NCBI GenBank assembly: GCA_963665295.1
Contig: OY762209.1
Span: 1,344,001 to 1,408,000 of the forward strand
Reading direction: 5' to 3'
Length of the DNA stretch: 64,000 bases
DNA from: Syntrophorhabdaceae bacterium
Lineage (GTDB): Bacteria > Desulfobacterota > Syntrophorhabdia > Syntrophorhabdales > Syntrophorhabdaceae
The position numbers were made by a program, and so were the translations under genes. Below the pieces are notes generated by a model, which ran no database searches, was not told the origin of the DNA, and worked only from the letters and a program-made list of their open reading frames with translations. Below are positions 58,906 through 64,000 of this stretch, one piece after another; position 1 is the first letter of the stretch, and each line of letters begins with the position of its first letter.

Positions 58906-59760
58906 ATGAAACTCGACTCATGGTATTTCAACCTTGCCTTTGCCGTTCTTGTATCCGTCTTCTTCGTTGCGGTGGCGCCCGTTTCCGGCTATCCGGAAGA
59001 GACGCTCCTTATCGGAGGCGCGGGGACAAACACCGGCGCCATGAAACTGATGGCCGAGGACTTTCGAAAGCGCCGTCCCCGTGCGACGATCGTGGTGCTC
59101 CCGAGTATCGGCACTTCCGGGGCCATCAAGGCCGTGGCCGAAGACAGGATTGATATCGGACTGACCAGTCGTGCCCTGAACCCGGAGGAGCGCGACGCGG
59201 AAATCATCGAGGAACCTTACGGTCAGACCGCCCTGATCTTCGGAGTGCCCCAGTCAAATCCGGCTGAAGGGCTGACCCTTGCGGAGATTGAGGACATATA
59301 TGCGCGGAAGCGTACTGCCTGGCCGGACGGAACGCCCATAAGGCTTATTCTTCGTCCCCAAAAGGATACCCTTTCCATATACCTTGCAGGCATCAGTCCC
59401 GGGCTGAAGTCTGCGTCCGAAAAGGCCCGCTCCGTGCCCGGGGTCTTTGTGGGAATGACCGACCAGGATGCGGCCGCTCAGATCGAGAAGACGCCGGGCG
59501 CCTTCGGGGTAATGAGCGCCTCTCTTATCTCATCGGAAAACAGAAGGATCAAGGCCCTCTCCGTCCAGGGGACAGCCCCTACACCCTCCAATGTGGCCGC
59601 CGGCAAGTATCCGTACGTCCTGACACTGTTCCTGATTTACAAGAGGGACAGGTGTAAGGGGGCGGTGAAGGACTTTGTGGAGCTTGTCTTTTCGAAGACC
59701 GGCAGGAACCGCCTCTATGAAACCAATCATGTCGCCCTGCCGCGAGCTACCAGGAAGTGA
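58906..59760 (+). CDS. PstS-like substrate-binding protein
   Basis: Signal peptide; IGGAGT, SIGTSGAIKAV, DIGLTSR, GKYP. Confidence 0.82.
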   Translation: MKLDSWYFNLAFAVLVSVFFVAVAPVSGYPEETLLIGGAGTNTGAMKLMAEDFRKRRPRATIVVLPSIGTSGAIKAVAEDRIDIGLTSRALNPEERDAEIIEEPYGQTALIFGVPQSNPAEGLTLAEIEDIYARKRTAWPDGTPIRLILRPQKDTLSIYLAGISPGLKSASEKARSVPGVFVGMTDQDAAAQIEKTPGAFGVMSASLISSENRRIKALSVQGTAPTPSNVAAGKYPYVLTLFLIYKRDRCKGAVKDFVELVFSKTGRNRLYETNHVALPRATRK

Positions 59761-59772
59761 GGTGACAGCCCT

Positions 59773-61257
59773 TTGAACCTACAGCAGCCAAGACCGCCCA
59801 TTACAAGACTTATGAGCCATCTGGGAGCTTTGGCGGCGGCCGTTTTCGCCGTCACAATACCCCTTATATACTACTATTCCACTGTCGTTGAGATGCGCCA
59901 TGCCCTTGCGATAGAAACTGCCTTCTTCGCAAAGTCCGTTGAAAAGACTATTCAGGACAGCCCCGATATGTGGAGGTTCGAGAAGGCAAGACTGACGGAA
60001 CTTGCGTCGCAACCCTCTTTCTCGGGGAAACAGGATGAAAGGGAGATATGGACTTCAGGGGGCGCAATGCTGGTAAAGACCGATTTCGTCGCACAACGTC
60101 CTTGTGTGACTGTCCTGTCAACCCTATTTGACTCGGGGGTGCCTGTCGGTGAGGTCCGGGCGAGACGATCGATTCGCACCCCGACGCTCTACACCGCCCT
60201 GTTGGGAATCTTCAGCTTCTTCTTCGGTTATTTCATATATCTTATCTTCCGTACCTATCCCATCAGAACCCTCGATGGAGTCCTGGCCGACCTTCGCCTT
60301 GAAAAGGAAAGGACGGAAAAGACCCTCCAGGCCATCGGCGACGGGGTTATTTCAGTTGACTCCAGGGGAAGGATCAGCTTGATGAACAGAATGGCGGGAT
60401 CCCTTGTGGGTTGGGACGCCTCCGAGGCAATGGGGCGGCCTCTGGAAGACGTGTACGTCTTGCGTGACAGCCAGGAAGGCCTGCGCGGAGGGAAGGGCGG
60501 TCTCAATATTCTCGTGAGCAAGGAAGGAATCGAGTATGTTATTGAAGAACTCCGCACGCCCGTACCGGAGATGGAGACAGGCAAGGAAGGGACCGTCATT
60601 ATTTTCAAAGACATCTCCGGACGCGATGAGGCTGCCCAGGTGCGACAGAACAACGAACGGAGCATCGCGCGGTTGAGAAAAGGCCTGGGTGCGACGGTCG
60701 AGGCCATTGCCGCGATCGTCGAGACGAGGGACCCCTATACGGCGGGTCACCAGCGGAGGGTAGCCGATCTGGCGAGGGCCATTGCCACGGCCATGGGCCT
60801 CTCGGCCGACCGGATCGACGGCATCCGTATGGCGGCGAGCATTCACGACATAGGGAAGATATCCATCCCTGCGGAAATCCTCAGTAAACCGACGAAGCTG
60901 AGAAACACGGAATCCGAATTGATCAAAGAGCACCCCCGGGCGGGCTACGAAATATTGAAGGATATCGACTTTCCGTGGCCCATTGCGAGGATGGTTTTGG
61001 AGCACCATGAGAGGGTAGACGGGTCGGGATATCCGGAGGGATTGACGGGAGAGCACGTCCTCGTGGAGTCAAGGATTATCGCGGTCGCCGATGTGGTGGA
61101 GGCGATCGCCTCACATCGTCCCTATCGGCCCGCACTCGGGATCGACGCCGCACTGCAGGAAATCGTCAGGAACAAAGGCGTCTTCTATGATCCTGACGTA
61201 GTCGATACGTGCATTCAACTCATAAAGGAAAAGGGCTACAAGATGAAGGAGGATTGA
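59773..61257 (+). CDS. Membrane PAS / HD-GYP phosphodiesterase
   Basis: 2 TM helices, PAS, RDPYTAGH, HDIGK, HHER.DGSGYP. Confidence 0.92.
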   Translation: MNLQQPRPPITRLMSHLGALAAAVFAVTIPLIYYYSTVVEMRHALAIETAFFAKSVEKTIQDSPDMWRFEKARLTELASQPSFSGKQDEREIWTSGGAMLVKTDFVAQRPCVTVLSTLFDSGVPVGEVRARRSIRTPTLYTALLGIFSFFFGYFIYLIFRTYPIRTLDGVLADLRLEKERTEKTLQAIGDGVISVDSRGRISLMNRMAGSLVGWDASEAMGRPLEDVYVLRDSQEGLRGGKGGLNILVSKEGIEYVIEELRTPVPEMETGKEGTVIIFKDISGRDEAAQVRQNNERSIARLRKGLGATVEAIAAIVETRDPYTAGHQRRVADLARAIATAMGLSADRIDGIRMAASIHDIGKISIPAEILSKPTKLRNTESELIKEHPRAGYEILKDIDFPWPIARMVLEHHERVDGSGYPEGLTGEHVLVESRIIAVADVVEAIASHRPYRPALGIDAALQEIVRNKGVFYDPDVVDTCIQLIKEKGYKMKED

Positions 61258-61545
61258 AGGCGCACGTTAAGGAAGCATTAACCGTCGCACATACGTAATG
61301 CGCGGAAGAACAACCCTCTTCCGGGCACAGGTCCGCGGAATGCGGTGTCCGATACATGGTGCAACCTTCCATGGAACCCCGAGCCGCCCGGACCGGTCAT
61401 TAACTTCTCCACAATTTTGCCGATAACAGTGCAGGAGCGCTTGAGGAGCACGACGCAGGAAGGCAGGTGAGGGGCATGGTCTGTCTGAATACATGGACGC
61501 GAGCGCCCTTTCCCGCAAAGGGACATTACCGGTTTGGGGTTGAGA

Positions 61546-63030
61546 ATGAAGACAAAGAGTTTCACTGAAGCAGAGCGTCTGGAGGACCCGGGAGCAGGGA
61601 ACGGCGGCCTCGCGGACGAAACGGACGACAACGGTTTTTCTCCCGGGTATCCTGAGGATGAACCGGACCTTTTTTCAGAGTCCGATATGGACATGGTTGA
61701 AACGATATGCATAAAGGCTGAGTCGTACGAGGAAGAGGGCACAAGCCAGGGCGAAGGGTCGGAAAGAAACGACAGCATAATCTGGGCCTACCTGAAAGAT
61801 ATCGGACACCTATCACTCCTCACCCCCGACGAGGAATACCGGATTGCGAACACGATAGAAGCAGGCGACACCATGGCAAAGAATATTCTCTTCGGGTTGT
61901 CCCGGGCGGTGAAGGAACTCGTGCAAGTCGGCCGGCAGTTGGAGGAAGAGAGCGTAAGGGTAGTGGATATTATCAACGTCAACGGTGTCGGGTTGACCCA
62001 GGAAGATGAGGAGCGATACAAGGCGGAAACCATATCGTCCATCAATACCATCAAAAGCCTTCATGACTCGAGGGCGGAGATAAAGAGGAATATGGCGGAA
62101 ACGGTGGAACCGGCCGGGAAGGAATGGGAGAAAGACCTGGAGGTGATCGGGGACAAGGCGGAAGCAGTCCTCCGCAATCTTAAACTCAGCAAGAAGGTCC
62201 TCACGGACATTATCGGGAAGGTTGCAGGGCAGATGGATTCAAGGGGTGATGACGAAGCAAGGGCGGTACAGCACGGATTGAACCAACTCGCAAAGATCGA
62301 CCATGACCAGAAGGCTGCCAGGGACAGGCTGGTTCAGGCAAACCTGAGGCTCGTCATCAATATCGCCAAGAGATACACAAACAGGGGCCTTCCTCTTCTC
62401 GACCTTATCCAGGAAGGCAACATGGGCATCATGAAAGCGGCGGAGAAGTACGATTATCGAAGGGGCTACAAGTTCTCCACATATGCGACGTGGTGGATCA
62501 GGCAGGCAATAACACGGGCAATCGCCGACTGCGCGCGGAACATCAGGGTGCCGGTCCATATGCTCGAAGCAGCGAACAAGATCGACAAAGTGACCAAGGC
62601 CCTCAACCAGGAACTCGGAAGAAGGCCGGACCCCGAAGAGATAGCACGGGAAGCCGGGCTTCCCCTGGAGAAGGTACGGAAAGTCATGAAGATTCGAGAT
62701 GGGACAGTATCCCTTGAAACCCCGATCGGAGACGACGAAGGTACCCTCGGGGATCTCATGGTGGATAGTGAAGCTTCTTCGCCTTTTGACGAGTTTGAAG
62801 GCGCGTCTCTTAAGGAAGAGGTAGACAAAGTCCTGTCCACTCTCACACCGAGAGAAGAGAAGATCATACGGATGAGACTCGGCATCAACGAGGAGACCGA
62901 ATATACCCTGGAAGAAGTGGGCGATCTCTTTGGAGTTACCCGTGAACGCATCCGCCAGATCGAACTCAAGGCCCTGAACAAGCTGAAACACCGCTCACGG
63001 CGAAGTATGCTGGAGAGCTTCCGGGAATAA
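61546..63030 (+). CDS. RpoD-like sigma-70 factor paralogue lacking region 1.1
   Basis: Regions 1.2 (YLKDIG), 2 (NLRLV...[14 protein letters not shown]), 3 and 4 ([10 protein letters not shown]). Confidence 0.92.
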   Translation: MKTKSFTEAERLEDPGAGNGGLADETDDNGFSPGYPEDEPDLFSESDMDMVETICIKAESYEEEGTSQGEGSERNDSIIWAYLKDIGHLSLLTPDEEYRIANTIEAGDTMAKNILFGLSRAVKELVQVGRQLEEESVRVVDIINVNGVGLTQEDEERYKAETISSINTIKSLHDSRAEIKRNMAETVEPAGKEWEKDLEVIGDKAEAVLRNLKLSKKVLTDIIGKVAGQMDSRGDDEARAVQHGLNQLAKIDHDQKAARDRLVQANLRLVINIAKRYTNRGLPLLDLIQEGNMGIMKAAEKYDYRRGYKFSTYATWWIRQAITRAIADCARNIRVPVHMLEAANKIDKVTKALNQELGRRPDPEEIAREAGLPLEKVRKVMKIRDGTVSLETPIGDDEGTLGDLMVDSEASSPFDEFEGASLKEEVDKVLSTLTPREEKIIRMRLGINEETEYTLEEVGDLFGVTRERIRQIELKALNKLKHRSRRSMLESFRE

Positions 63031-63037
63031 CCCCGCG

Positions 63038-64000
63038 CTACACGACTACGTTTTGCGCATACCTGCCCAGTATTCTCTTTATCACGTAGCTGGAGATAAA
63101 GGATAGCACTACAATGCTCAGGAATATCACAGGCAGCATATTCTGCCCCGTCAAGTGCAACATGCGAAAGACCACGGTGCATACAGCCGCGATTACAAGG
63201 TGAACGCAGAAGACTCCCAATGTCAGTTGGGACAATCCGGTGATCACTGCGGCGGATCGTTCACTCTTGAAAATATCCAAGGTCAAAGAGAAATAGAGAA
63301 CCAGGACTGTCGCGAGGAAGAGTCCAAATCCATTATAACCGAAGCCATAGGCGGGGTTATCGACAGCAGAGAAATAATATCCCAGCCCATACGCCGCGAT
63401 TATCGCACAGTACGACAGAGCCTTTTGCGGATCGAACTGCTTTCCATACCTTTTATAGCGATTTAACAATAATCCCGCGGAAAAATATGGAACGAATTCG
63501 ATAAACCTTCCCAGGGTGAACCGGACCCGATAGTCCATATCTCCGAACAGGAGATAATTGATCCGACTGTATTGGACCAGAAAGCTCACCAGGATCAATG
63601 CCGTGCAGACTATTATGTTCGTTTTGACAGTCTTCGTCATAACGACATAGAAGAATAGATTGAGCCACAGCAGGTCTATAAAATAATACCCTATGGCAGA
63701 GATGGAGTGGCCGAAAAATAGCTGCCAGGCAATATTCGGGAGGTTGACAATCTGATATTCAGGAAGCGTCTTGCCGCCGATCCTTGACGATGCGGCCATG
63801 AACATCAGGTTGGCGAGGCAGTAGACGAGGCTCCACGCGAGTACGGGGGTGTAGAGGCGCTTCAGTCTCGAAATGACAAAAGGCTTGAAAGTCAGGGACT
63901 TCGAGAAGAAATATTCCGACGTGAGATATGACGATATCATTATGAAGGTCGGCACGGCAGTCCGCTTCAGAAACCCGAGGAATGGCGCAAAATTCTCAAA
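63038..64000 (-). CDS. Acyltransferase family 3 membrane protein (5' end outside window)
   Basis: AVPTFIMIS, RLKRLYTP, TLGVFCVH; many TM helices. Confidence 0.75.
   Translation of the reverse strand, partial: FENFAPFLGFLKRTAVPTFIMISSYLTSEYFFSKSLTFKPFVISRLKRLYTPVLAWSLVYCLANLMFMAASSRIGGKTLPEYQIVNLPNIAWQLFFGHSISAIGYYFIDLLWLNLFFYVVMTKTVKTNIIVCTALILVSFLVQYSRINYLLFGDMDYRVRFTLGRFIEFVPYFSAGLLLNRYKRYGKQFDPQKALSYCAIIAAYGLGYYFSAVDNPAYGFGYNGFGLFLATVLVLYFSLTLDIFKSERSAAVITGLSQLTLGVFCVHLVIAAVCTVVFRMLHLTGQNMLPVIFLSIVVLSFISSYVIKRILGRYAQNVVV

Noticed and set aside
1..64000. tRNA or rRNA genes
   Set aside because: No cloverleaf or rRNA signature was seen by eye; not checked computationally.

Overview
Bacterial chromosome segment. 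Gene content suggests an anaerobic deltaproteobacterium, possibly Syntrophorhabdaceae-like (inference only). It has four zones. (1) 1-22.4 kb is an accessory zone of co-oriented minus-strand small membrane/lipoprotein genes. Most are preceded by a headless 3' gene fragment and delimited by GGGAC...GTCCC motifs and by remnants of the two ends of a REP-associated (Y1/HUH, RAYT-type) tyrosine transposase, including two 163-bp internally deleted copies. The zone also holds a Pat-type acyl-CoA ligase/GNAT gene and is heavily invaded by IS elements: IS630, IS1634, IS1380 interrupted by IS3, and a head-to-tail IS66 trimer. (2) 22.6-35.0 kb is a tightly coupled housekeeping run: rplU-rpmA-obgE-proB-proA-nadD-rsfS-dksA-lapB-like-apgM-comF-asmA-like-DUF2520. 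(3) 35.0-48 kb is a second patchwork: hicBA, hydrolase, orphan toxin tail plus lipoprotein, four-domain rhodanese, IS1634, TM2 protein and a sulfatase. (4) 48-64 kb is a c-di-GMP hub: two GGDEF proteins (one at the end of a corrinoid protein/UroD-MtaA-like/DUF1638 operon), a third IS1634, an MFS transporter, a c-di-GMP-I riboswitch ahead of a binding protein plus HD-GYP, an RpoD paralogue and a partial acyltransferase. The best candidate for an undescribed system is the RAYT-end-delimited array of captured toxin-tail/immunity-like cassettes. The runner-up is the corrinoid-linked diguanylate cyclase operon. Family assignments come from motif recognition, not database searches.
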